From a virus (taxonomy: Duplodnaviria; Caudoviricetes): 44,261 nucleotides of DNA. Numbering within the stretch: the first letter of the stretch is position 1; every line of letters starts with the position of its first letter. Below the pieces are notes generated by a model. The model ran no database searches, was not told the DNA's origin, and saw nothing but the letters and a program-made list of their open reading frames with translations. The position numbers and the translations under genes were made by a program. Below, piece after piece: positions 20,701 to 29,213 of this stretch. The stretch lies in the IMG/VR virus record IMGVR_UViG_3300019459_000014, positions 1 through 44,261 of that record. One strand, written 5' to 3'.

Positions 20701-23700
20701 AGGGTGATGCATCTTTCGGTGAAAATATTACTTTTATTGAAGATTCTCCTCCACTTGCCGTTGTTCCTAATTATGAGAAATATGTTAATGATAATCAAGA
20801 TATATTTCAGCAATATATAATAGAAGATCCAGATCAAAGTAAGGAGGATTGGGGGGCTGATCATTGGTTGAACCAAGGACAGTCGGAAGGTTATGATTTA
20901 CCTACAAAAAATACAACCACAGGTTACTATTATAAAATATTACCTTTTGATGATTTTGGTAGCGGAGTAACGCATACGGTGAGGGAAAGTGGCCGCGAAT
21001 TAATAAATGTTTTTCCTAAAGATTTTCATAACAAAAATGAATACGCATCAAATGGCCCCGTTGTTGGCGCAGGTTTAACACTTGCTGAAGGCGCAATTCC
21101 TTTTGCTGTTAGGAATTTATCTGGTCAAACTGCTTTTGAAAATTTCTTCCTTAGTTGGTCGACAATTGATAATGATATTGACTTTTTTGAAGTTTGGAGT
21201 AATAAACCTGGTTATTCAGAGAATGAATCTCTTGCATTAATAACAGGTAGCGGGTCTTTCACTGGTTTTTTACAGCAAGAAAATAATACTGGATATCGGA
21301 GGACAGATGGTGTTATCTATAGCGTTGGAGATGTACACCCAAAAGAAGTTGTCGACCAAGCCTGGAGGATTAAAAATGCTGAAAGAATATTTGAAGTGCC
21401 TGCTAGTGCTAAATTTATAGAAACTGTTTATCCAGGATCCAAAGATGAAACTAGAAATTTTTGGATTAGAGCTGTAGATTTCGCTGGAAATAAAGGTCCT
21501 TTTACTGGAGCAGCCTTAACTGAAGGGGATAATATTTCTGGATTATCTCTAAGCTTGGAATCGATTAGCGCAACAGATGTGAGTGATTTTGAAATATCTT
21601 TGACTGAAAGATTTACTAACACTATAGGCCTGGAGCCAAATAATCCTTTTCAAAATAATTCTCCATCAAATGGGCAAATATCTTGGGATGCTCATACTTT
21701 ATATTTCAGGGGTTCTGAGATAAATATTTCAGGCAATAATAATGGTCTTGGAGATGGATATGTTTGGTGGCAAACAGGTAATGAATTTTATAACACAGGG
21801 ATAGAGCATCCAGCTAATGTTCAAGATGGAAGTTTTAATGATGGAGACTTTATTATAGCAAGAAGTCGGGGAGGGGTAGCTACTCCTACGTTTAATGTTT
21901 TTGCTAACGCTTTAATTGGTACAGCGAACATAGCAGAAGCTGCAGTGGATAGTGCGAGAATAAAAGATTTAACCGCAGACAAAATACTTGCTGGAACAAT
22001 ATCTGGGCAGGATATAACATTATGGTCTACTTATGGAGAGCAAGGAGCTATAAGAACTAGAGGTTTTTATGGTGTTGATCATGAATATGATAGAAGCGGT
22101 TTTTTATTAAGTGGAGATGGAACCTTTGCTTTTCAAGCCGGAGATAGTAGTTTATCTTTACAGAATGACACTTTAACACTTGTAGGAAATATAAGACAAA
22201 GTGATGTTAAGGATTATGATTTTATTGATATTAATGTTGTTCCTGGATATTTTAATTATATAGAAGCAGATGATGGTTTTGTTCTGCAAGATGACTCGTC
22301 TGTAGATATTGAGGTTTCTTTTAGGAACTCTAGACTTGTCGATTTGGATCAAGATAAAGTTTATTTTAAAATGGAGTCTATTGTTGGTGGCCAATCATAT
22401 AAAGTCTTTGATTATCAAGAATTAGAATTTAATCAAATTATTAGTGGATTTCAATATCATACATTCACGAGAAAAGAGGATGGCTCTATAGTTGTCAATG
22501 CGACATTAAATGGAGGATTCTTGGATGCTGAGGATGGATTTCATGATATTATAACAAGCCCTGTTCCTGGCACAACTGGAGACGCTGTAGTTTTATACGT
22601 ATCAGGAGAATATTCTGCTTATGAAAAATCTTCAACAATAACAAGAGTTATAGATGGTAAAATAGGGATTGATGGAGAATCAGCAAAAACCGTAAAGCTT
22701 GAAGCTACTGATTATTCAATTGTATATGACGACAAGGGGCTTTCTCCAGAATTTAAAAGTGGGCCGAATTCTACTCAGATTCAAATCTCTGCAGAAGCTT
22801 CTAATTTTTACTCATCTCCCCAATATCGATTTACGAAAGATGGAGTTGTTTATTCGTGGGGCACAACCAATATTTTTAATTTGGGTGCGCCAGATTCGTG
22901 GAGTCAAGGAGCATTTGTAATAAAAGTAGAAGTTAGAGAGGGTTCCTCTGGAGGTGCATCCGCTTCTGATTCCATTTCAATCATTCGGGTTAAACAGGGA
23001 GAAAACGCACTGGCTGGAGTTTTAACCAATGAGAATCATACCATAAGCGCAAATAAAGATGGAACATATGATGATAATCAATTGGAATTGGCAGGAGGAG
23101 AGTTTCATCTATTTTACGGAGGTGAGAGAATTGAAGCAGGTAATATAACTTTCGGTGGCAATACATCAAAGAATGGTTTATCTATATTGATCGATGACGG
23201 CACCTATTCATTAGATGGAGGTTTATGGAGCACAAACACTGAAACTTTTGATATTACAGCACAATACAATGGAGAAACTATCACGAAGAGATACTCAATC
23301 AGTAAAGCTAGACAAGGTATCGAAGGAATCAATGCAAAAAGTGTTAGAATCAATGCCGAGTCGCTTGTTTTTAAGAAAGATAAGGATAATGGCTCTATTT
23401 CGCCAGAAAGAATAAAATTATCCGCAGAAACACAAAATACTTCAAGTTCTAGTGTCACATGGAGTGGATCAGATGAAATTTATATTGATTCATCCGGACA
23501 AACAAAAGTTGATTCTCCTAAAGTCAATGTTTGGGTTGGTCATGCAGATTTATCGACGAATGTAAAAGTTACAATAACTGCAACAATTGATGGGGTATCT
23601 GACTCTACAACCCTCATTCTTGTTGAAGATGGCTCTAATAATGTTCAAGCAGTACTCAGCAACGAATCGCACACACTAACCGAGTCGTCTGATGGAAGTT

Positions 23701-24965
23701 TTGATCGGTCTGGATCAGGTACAGATATTCAAGTTTTTGATGGAAGCAAACCGCTGACCTATACAACTGGAACTTTAGTTGAAGGAAAATTTACAGTGAA
23801 CGTTTCACGAACTGGTGGTGTTACTGAAGGTACAGCAGGTTCAAGCGGTGATAAATATACAATTGGGAATCTGAGCGCAGCTACTGGCCCAGGAACATTA
23901 ACTTTTACAATAACCGCTAAAAAAGGAAATGGAGAAACTGTAACTATCACCAAGGTCCAAAGTTTTGCTGTTTCAAAATTTGGGGAGGATGGGGATCCAG
24001 GCCCCGCAACTCCATATCGAGGAGATTGGTTAATAAATAAAAACAAGTTATCCGCTGGCCAAGAAATAACGTACGAAAAAAATGACAGTAGAGCAGATAT
24101 TGTTTTTTATGATGATGGTAGCTCAGGTAATAAATATTGGATGTGTAATACAACCCATGATGTATCAACAGATACATCTTCATTTGATAAAGCTTTATGG
24201 GATACTTTTGGGGTTACATTTTCCAGCGTAGCTACTGATTTATTGTTATCTGAAGATGTGGTTGTTACGTCAACTATAACTGTTGGTTCTTCGGATGCAA
24301 CTCCTCCTTCATATTTTAAATTTGATGCAGATGCAGGAAGATTAGATATGAGAGGAGCTGTGGTCAATAATACTATAGCCGAGGATGTTGGGTTTAACTT
24401 GAGTAGTTTGATCATACCTGGAAATATTCGAATGTATCCAGGAGAAAAAATAATATACGGAGCTGTTGGAACTACTGATTTTAATGAATATTTAGCTGGA
24501 CATTATCAGGTTAGACTTGTTCAGGGTGGTGATCAACAAGTTTTTACAATAGAATCAATAACAAATTCAACAAAGTTGCAAGTCAAAGAGGCTTCATTGT
24601 ATACTTTTGGCGCAGCTACTGCTTATGTAGAAACAGCTGTCGCCACCTTCTTGGGGGGAGGTTATAATAATGAAATCAGTCCGTTTCCTCTTGCTGCAGG
24701 AGGGTATCAATCTCTTGCTTCTTGCGTAGTTGGTGGCGCTTATAATGATATAACTGGAAGATTTTCTTTCATTGGTAATGGTTTTGAAAATGCTTGTGGA
24801 GATAATTTCTCTGCTATTGTTGGGGGTTATCAAAATAAAATGCCAAAAGTTGATTCCGCTAATCAAGGTGCAAATTTTATTGGCGCTGGTCAAAATAATA
24901 TTATAGATGGCGGCACTAATCAAAGTATACTTGGTGGAAGTGATAACCAAATAATAAACAGTTAA
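17751..24965 (+). CDS. Giant tail fibre / distal part of the tail tip protein, with FN3-like, CBM5/12-like, Ig-like and GGxxN repeats
   Basis: FN3-type ends (VRVFAINDIGIRS, YYKILPFDDFG, FWIRAVDFAGNKG). gpJ-type IGTANIAEAAVDSARIKDLTADKILAGTI. Several Y..GD.V.Y....Y...P.....W modules. C-terminal GG..N repeats. Confidence 0.8.
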   Translation: MKSTALGVKFLVTDLSVNYQLVGTSDNYSFQYDLGKGSSLVEEVYEEYTHRVDLKGNYGSFNVRVFAINDIGIRSQYIEQTISISAPEFKSTFSFNNLNSIVDLGTANNLIVSSPSDQDNSLIVNASFVGRSLLINWELIAPPGHSKEGQSLSKELLSDTFFDKFEITIKNGVDRILIDNDILNNSQGLQNYLLTDDVVGALSDYRNFSFEITTQAFNDLDLDRQFAIEIKSYDSYGRSSIATINCSNSEPEILNFTESLNSSLTSFSWINSDDDFSNVVVKYLYVKSNTILSDYTDLYKSVEYLSEIASAPDYVSLNNHLYLVGEKYLYSDGNVYQVIQEHTADINKNPSNTDFWENLGPKIEFFYTDENQVVDGSFSLSQAFGFDYYYVFCAYDEYGIGPTYNLTKQGIEVQGDDAILSPKNYELKVDNLSYRERQDTIVFNWDILDANDEVVDIEQLKINNSNASNDVLGIHAYLYDVNTQEPVYVITPGFNSKKLVNSVAGDSISDAGLISTKMFNEFEYTRELNNAIYGSSGYPANADYFDTGVIYTPANEDCALSSGDNSLHKSIINNSYIFPYVKIDYEEWDSNVTYSSGVDTVSYEGQIYVLSQDFGPQSDIVEGFYNNNDSYLSNKFVVAPVLNEVSLFDSAQGYNQGDYVYYNARLYLCLQDQAQGSSVIPSIANPLYWQPKSIGSDISFALYKSKNDVLAGSPLLPYQDTDNWEYQNPTNCPTHFSLLIPSYELDLNEWGTGINFLQGQYTVYKNDLWIATDSSGPDTDVGFLEPDQNSDYWTNTIDGDQDISTNHSLGDLVYHNNVVYKCLADSPTGGPLFADSLEKDSESSYIQSQWQPFWERNFDYIDIPLKHIAIPESGKRSIGLQVSLLDVNENILSSGRIDAENPAPYILYDDFNNTDGFVDSVSETTKVKFNFKYALDFQEKTTKVFLYRSSVQNFNITGSDGLPYSNLPSESNPDSTLAKIIIGQGDASFGENITFIEDSPPLAVVPNYEKYVNDNQDIFQQYIIEDPDQSKEDWGADHWLNQGQSEGYDLPTKNTTTGYYYKILPFDDFGSGVTHTVRESGRELINVFPKDFHNKNEYASNGPVVGAGLTLAEGAIPFAVRNLSGQTAFENFFLSWSTIDNDIDFFEVWSNKPGYSENESLALITGSGSFTGFLQQENNTGYRRTDGVIYSVGDVHPKEVVDQAWRIKNAERIFEVPASAKFIETVYPGSKDETRNFWIRAVDFAGNKGPFTGAALTEGDNISGLSLSLESISATDVSDFEISLTERFTNTIGLEPNNPFQNNSPSNGQISWDAHTLYFRGSEINISGNNNGLGDGYVWWQTGNEFYNTGIEHPANVQDGSFNDGDFIIARSRGGVATPTFNVFANALIGTANIAEAAVDSARIKDLTADKILAGTISGQDITLWSTYGEQGAIRTRGFYGVDHEYDRSGFLLSGDGTFAFQAGDSSLSLQNDTLTLVGNIRQSDVKDYDFIDINVVPGYFNYIEADDGFVLQDDSSVDIEVSFRNSRLVDLDQDKVYFKMESIVGGQSYKVFDYQELEFNQIISGFQYHTFTRKEDGSIVVNATLNGGFLDAEDGFHDIITSPVPGTTGDAVVLYVSGEYSAYEKSSTITRVIDGKIGIDGESAKTVKLEATDYSIVYDDKGLSPEFKSGPNSTQIQISAEASNFYSSPQYRFTKDGVVYSWGTTNIFNLGAPDSWSQGAFVIKVEVREGSSGGASASDSISIIRVKQGENALAGVLTNENHTISANKDGTYDDNQLELAGGEFHLFYGGERIEAGNITFGGNTSKNGLSILIDDGTYSLDGGLWSTNTETFDITAQYNGETITKRYSISKARQGIEGINAKSVRINAESLVFKKDKDNGSISPERIKLSAETQNTSSSSVTWSGSDEIYIDSSGQTKVDSPKVNVWVGHADLSTNVKVTITATIDGVSDSTTLILVEDGSNNVQAVLSNESHTLTESSDGSFDRSGSGTDIQVFDGSKPLTYTTGTLVEGKFTVNVSRTGGVTEGTAGSSGDKYTIGNLSAATGPGTLTFTITAKKGNGETVTITKVQSFAVSKFGEDGDPGPATPYRGDWLINKNKLSAGQEITYEKNDSRADIVFYDDGSSGNKYWMCNTTHDVSTDTSSFDKALWDTFGVTFSSVATDLLLSEDVVVTSTITVGSSDATPPSYFKFDADAGRLDMRGAVVNNTIAEDVGFNLSSLIIPGNIRMYPGEKIIYGAVGTTDFNEYLAGHYQVRLVQGGDQQVFTIESITNSTKLQVKEASLYTFGAATAYVETAVATFLGGGYNNEISPFPLAAGGYQSLASCVVGGAYNDITGRFSFIGNGFENACGDNFSAIVGGYQNKMPKVDSANQGANFIGAGQNNIIDGGTNQSILGGSDNQIINS
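22660..24000 (+). repeat. Two tandem ~220-aa protein repeats within the fibre
   Basis: GIDGESAKTVKLEA..LTNENHTI..DGTY..TITKRYSISK is repeated as GIEGINAKSVRINA..LSNESHTL..DGSF..TITKVQSFAVSK. Boundaries approximate. Confidence 0.75.
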
Positions 24966-24966
24966 A

Positions 24967-25572
24967 ATGGCGGATTTATTGGCGAATGTAGTAAAGGATC
25001 CTGATGGAGGATTGTACTCAGCAAGAGTGTTGGGCTCTCAGGGTCAAGATTGCGCGCTTGATGAAAATAATTATCTTACAAATACATGTTTATTTAGGTC
25101 GGATGATCAATCAATAAATGATAAAATGATAAAGACTAATGGGTATGGTTATTGGAATAATGCTATAAATGTAGAAGAAATTGATCTTGGATTTGAGAAA
25201 GGTGGGTGGGTGTATCATCAAAACTTGTATTGGATACACCTTAGTCCTGTTATGCATAGTGATTTAGATACAGTGGATATATGGTTTTATTTTGATAGTA
25301 AGAGTGTGGCGGAAATTGGCCATTTTGGTTGGACTTATTTTAAGAGGTCTAATATCTTAAGACATTGGGCTTTTGAAACTCAATACATAAATAACCACTC
25401 TGTGTTAGGAACTTTTTCTGAGGGCTATGGCGTTTTTTTATGGAGAGATGCTGGTGCTGATTCTGGGTATCATGCATTCATAATAAATGAAAATGGAAAT
25501 ATATTTGTTTCTCAAAAATTAAACAACTTGGGGGGTGCACCTGTTTCTTCGATTCAATATTATTCTTTTTAA
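24967..25572 (+). CDS. Hypothetical Trp/aromatic-rich tail-associated protein
   Basis: 201-aa ORF tightly packed in the operon. GWVYHQNLYWIHL..IWFYF..GWTY resembles inserts in the gpM-like and gpJ-like proteins. Confidence 0.6.
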   Translation: MADLLANVVKDPDGGLYSARVLGSQGQDCALDENNYLTNTCLFRSDDQSINDKMIKTNGYGYWNNAINVEEIDLGFEKGGWVYHQNLYWIHLSPVMHSDLDTVDIWFYFDSKSVAEIGHFGWTYFKRSNILRHWAFETQYINNHSVLGTFSEGYGVFLWRDAGADSGYHAFIINENGNIFVSQKLNNLGGAPVSSIQYYSF

Positions 25573-25574
25573 TA

Positions 25575-26651
25575 ATGGCTTTAGAAAATCCTATATATAG
25601 TTCGGCCGTATTGGCTCTTGCGCAAGCACCACCAAGGGATTCTAGTATTGATTCCTTTAATAGTAATAATTTAATATGTGCGGGGAATCATTGTAAAATT
25701 AAGGATAGCAGGAGATGTACAATTTTAAATTCAGAAAGTCTTTACTTGCATCAAAAATATAATTCTCATTGCGTGGGAGTAAATTTTCAATTTTATGTCA
25801 AGCAAGCATATTATTCTGGAATAGTTTATAGGGTAGCCTTAAATGAATATTATGAAAATTTAATAACTTCAATCGACGGATCTAATTACATAAAAATAAA
25901 AACAAGAAATGGTTGGGTAAATTTAAAATTACAATATTCTGGAAGTTATTATTATGTAAACTATTACAGTTCTGAGGATTTAGCGAAAGAACGTGCATCT
26001 TTATATAATTTTTACTTAAGCAATACTTTTTATGTAAATTGCAAAAACGGGTTGAGCGTATTGAATGTATATTATTCTGAATGGAGTTCTGGAGAGGTTT
26101 ATAATTACAGAGACTATGTTTATTATACTATAAGTGGCGGTGAAGTTGTATTGTTTCAAAGAGGTGGGGCTGCGCCTGGAACTTCTTATAATCCAAGCAT
26201 TAATGAACCAGATGATGAATTGGAAACAATGTATTTTAAGGTGGTACAAAGGAATTTTAATCCCGCTTACTTTAGTAAAAGTATCGAAGTAAGGTATGCG
26301 AATGTCATGGAGTCCTGTGGAGATGTAATTTCAAACAATCTATCAGATATAAGATTGAAAAAAAACAGTTCAATTATTCATCAAGCCCTTGATTCGTTAA
26401 AAAAAATAAATCCAGTAAGTTTTAGTTGGAATGAAAGGCGGGGAGCGTTGAGAGGTAACGATATTGGATTAATAGCACAACAAGTTGAACAATATTTTCC
26501 ATTAGCATCAAATACTAGATCTGATGGTGTAAAATCTATTGATTATAAAAAATTTATACCAATTCTAGTTTCTTGTGTTAAAGAAAAACAGAAAAGAATA
26601 AATAAATTAAAAATGCAAATCAATCAAATAAAGGATTATATATATGAGTAA
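25575..26651 (+). CDS. Tail fibre protein with C-terminal intramolecular chaperone (peptidase S74)
   Basis: SDIRLKKN..AL..LKKINPVSFSWN..DIGLIAQQVE..FP..DGVKSIDYKKFIPILVSCVKE followed by a coiled coil. Confidence 0.88.
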   Translation: MALENPIYSSAVLALAQAPPRDSSIDSFNSNNLICAGNHCKIKDSRRCTILNSESLYLHQKYNSHCVGVNFQFYVKQAYYSGIVYRVALNEYYENLITSIDGSNYIKIKTRNGWVNLKLQYSGSYYYVNYYSSEDLAKERASLYNFYLSNTFYVNCKNGLSVLNVYYSEWSSGEVYNYRDYVYYTISGGEVVLFQRGGAAPGTSYNPSINEPDDELETMYFKVVQRNFNPAYFSKSIEVRYANVMESCGDVISNNLSDIRLKKNSSIIHQALDSLKKINPVSFSWNERRGALRGNDIGLIAQQVEQYFPLASNTRSDGVKSIDYKKFIPILVSCVKEKQKRINKLKMQINQIKDYIYE

Positions 26652-27234
26652 TAATGCAATTTTAGGGGGACATTTAAACTCTATTAATTATTCAACTAAT
26701 TGTACTGTAATTAATGGCGCAAATAATTATATTTCTGGCGCAAATAATGTTCATGTGATTGGTGATAATGTAATTACATTAGGCGCTAATGCGGAAGGCG
26801 GATCTGCAGATAATGATGATAAGTTTTATGTTGGACTGATTAATGGAATGGTTGTAGATGGCCCAGTGCATTGTAGAGGTAATATAGAATGTGAGGCGGA
26901 CATTATAGCTTTTTCTACCTCAGACGAAAGACTTAAAGACGATATTAAAAAAATACCAAATTGCTTACAAAAAGTTTTAAGTCTTGATGCTATAGAATTT
27001 GATTGGAATGAAGATTTACAAAAAACTTATAAGGGACGCGATATAGGTTTAATTGCTCAACAGGTTCAAGAAGTAGCCCCTGAGATAGTTGAAAAAAGAA
27101 ACAATGGGTATTTAGGTTTAAAGTACGAAAAAATGATTCCTTTATTAGTTGGCGCCACTCAAGAACAAGATGAAATTATATCTGAATTAGAAAAACAAGT
27201 TGACCAACTTATGGATCAAGTTAACCATTTATAA
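26644..27234 (+). CDS. Short tail fibre protein with C-terminal intramolecular chaperone (peptidase S74)
   Basis: ADIIAFSTSDERLKDDI..FDWN..DIGLIAQQVQEVAPEIV..NGYLGLKYEKMIPLLV.A.QE. Confidence 0.92.
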   Translation: MSNNAILGGHLNSINYSTNCTVINGANNYISGANNVHVIGDNVITLGANAEGGSADNDDKFYVGLINGMVVDGPVHCRGNIECEADIIAFSTSDERLKDDIKKIPNCLQKVLSLDAIEFDWNEDLQKTYKGRDIGLIAQQVQEVAPEIVEKRNNGYLGLKYEKMIPLLVGATQEQDEIISELEKQVDQLMDQVNHL

Positions 27235-28054
27235 TCTTCATTAATATTCTAGAATCGGTTGGAGAAATGTCGCTAAAGTCGTTCCAATTTTTGGCATTTT
27301 CGTTTTGATATTTTTCACTCTTCCACCAATCTCTTAAGATAACTCTAAATTCTTCAAAGCTTGAGCAGTTTAATTTTTCTTTAGCTAAGCTTTCCACCAT
27401 TGAATGAGGTGTGAGAGTTGGAGATGTGCTGCGATTTGACGGAGCTCCTCCAGGATTGTTTGATTTGTCAATCTCATCATCTCCAACGATATGTACATTC
27501 AAAAAGTTTCTAACGCACCTAACAAACGCTCTATTGCAGGCGATGGTTTCAAGAAATTTTGTGGCAAAACTACTTGTGTTGTCTAGGGTAGCATTTGCCA
27601 TATCTTGAAATTCAACTGGTTGACCTCCTGTTTCATAATTCGGTAAAAACTTCATGTGACATATAACCGCAACATGATCAGGTTGGCATTTTACGACTTC
27701 ATAGGATACATCTGTAAACCCCCTGAGTTTTGCCAACTCTTTGATTCCGCTTAACTTTATTAATAATTGATGATCTCCTAATCCTTGTATGCTTCTGGGC
27801 ATATCTTTTTTGCGTAAATCAAACCATGATCGATTAGGAAATAAATGCTCGTCCTTTATCATGCTCCTCCAATTTACAGAGCCATCTTCTGCGAATTCAT
27901 AATCTACATTGCTCAGTAACCCAAATGAGTTGCGCTGGAATTTACCTGGCCCGTCAGAATAATTTTTAGGGTATGATGTTTTAGTTTCTTTTGTGGTAAC
28001 TTGTGATTCATATGTTACCGAATTGTCTGATGTTGATTCTGTTTTACGTGCCAT
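27221..28054 (-). CDS. Putative single-strand annealing protein (Rad52/Sak/RecT-like)
   Basis: LIKLSGIKELAKLRG ... ANAT..N..FLETIACNRAFVRCVRNFLNV..VGDDEID resembles the annealase core (A.TRA..RA.R....I....EE), followed by a flexible linker. Confidence 0.5.
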   Translation of the reverse strand: MARKTESTSDNSVTYESQVTTKETKTSYPKNYSDGPGKFQRNSFGLLSNVDYEFAEDGSVNWRSMIKDEHLFPNRSWFDLRKKDMPRSIQGLGDHQLLIKLSGIKELAKLRGFTDVSYEVVKCQPDHVAVICHMKFLPNYETGGQPVEFQDMANATLDNTSSFATKFLETIACNRAFVRCVRNFLNVHIVGDDEIDKSNNPGGAPSNRSTSPTLTPHSMVESLAKEKLNCSSFEEFRVILRDWWKSEKYQNENAKNWNDFSDISPTDSRILMKIING

Positions 28055-29213
28055 GATTTTTGTCGTTATAAATTTTTAGGTTGATTGCGTCATCCCAAAA
28101 CTCATCACAGTCAATGATTTTATCATGGTTTCCGGAGATTCCATGTTTCCAAGCAGCTTTACTTGCATAAAGCTGGCTTTCTGATGCGATGACTTGAGCG
28201 CTTTTATAACGACTATTATTGCATATTTTATCATGATTGTCAATATCTTTTTTTGTTTTTTGTTCAAGAAAATGTAAGTCCCATTCAAAAAATTTTAATC
28301 TTAGATCATTGATTGTATCAGCGTCTTTGCATATTAGTTTTAATTTTATACCTAGTTTTTTGATTGCTTTAAAGAAATCGTCTGTATCATCGGGTTGTAC
28401 AAAATAATTGATTTGATGAATGTTGTCTTTTACTGTATTAAGATAATCAACTTTCATGGGCTTGTCAAGGAAAATATTTACTTTTCTTTGGTATGCCCAT
28501 TGGGCGATGTTTTGCTCGTCAAAATGTTCGTGGCCTAGAATATTTGCTGGTTGACCTGGAGCGAAGCTTTTTGGCATAACATGATTTGGAACGACCGCAA
28601 GGGATCCTACATGATATGCTTGTCCTATGTGTAATGTTTTAATTGCATTTAAATCATGAGATATATCAAGTAAATCAAGAACTGATGCTGCAACTTTTTC
28701 AGGCATGATGGTATTGATTGTTTTTGGATATTCTGAATCAGCAAAGGAAGCTTTTTTGTTGCCGCGATTTGGTTCAAGTAAAATATGATCATTTTTATCT
28801 CCCCAATATGGACCGCAACATTCTTTATATAATACGGAATATAAGCTTACTATTTTTTTATTGAAGCCTGATGCGACATGCGTACTGAATGAATCTGTTC
28901 CAAGATGCAGTAGAGAATTTTTAATTATGTACGCGGCTTGCTTGATTGTTGTTTGTCCTTGATGGTGTATGCACTTACTTATTCCGTATTCTTGTTTTCC
29001 ACCTATCTGTACTATTTTTATGTTGTTCTTTTCTAAATAAGGATATAGAAGATTTATTACGTCATGGTAATAGTCGTATGTTTTTGATTGTATGCGATTA
29101 GTAGCATGAAGTGTTATATATTTATCTGCGGATACAGGAAAATAAGACACATCAATAAATGGTTTGTCTATCTTTACTCCACAAGAAAGTGCGTATTGTT
29201 CTACTAGGTGCAT
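28044..29213 (-). CDS. Glycosyltransferase family 9-like (C-terminal Rossmann half) plus unknown C-terminal domain
   Basis: YITLH..SKTY..KIVQIGG..GQTTIKQAAYIIKNSLLHLGTDSFSTHVASGFNKKIVSLY matches the heptosyltransferase donor-binding DS..H.A motif. Confidence 0.8.
   Translation of the reverse strand: MHLVEQYALSCGVKIDKPFIDVSYFPVSADKYITLHATNRIQSKTYDYYHDVINLLYPYLEKNNIKIVQIGGKQEYGISKCIHHQGQTTIKQAAYIIKNSLLHLGTDSFSTHVASGFNKKIVSLYSVLYKECCGPYWGDKNDHILLEPNRGNKKASFADSEYPKTINTIMPEKVAASVLDLLDISHDLNAIKTLHIGQAYHVGSLAVVPNHVMPKSFAPGQPANILGHEHFDEQNIAQWAYQRKVNIFLDKPMKVDYLNTVKDNIHQINYFVQPDDTDDFFKAIKKLGIKLKLICKDADTINDLRLKFFEWDLHFLEQKTKKDIDNHDKICNNSRYKSAQVIASESQLYASKAAWKHGISGNHDKIIDCDEFWDDAINLKIYNDKNHGT

Noticed and set aside
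25575-27234. Diversity-generating retroelement or invertible tail-fibre cassette
   Set aside because: No reverse transcriptase, recombinase, adenine-specific TR/VR pair or inverted repeats were seen.
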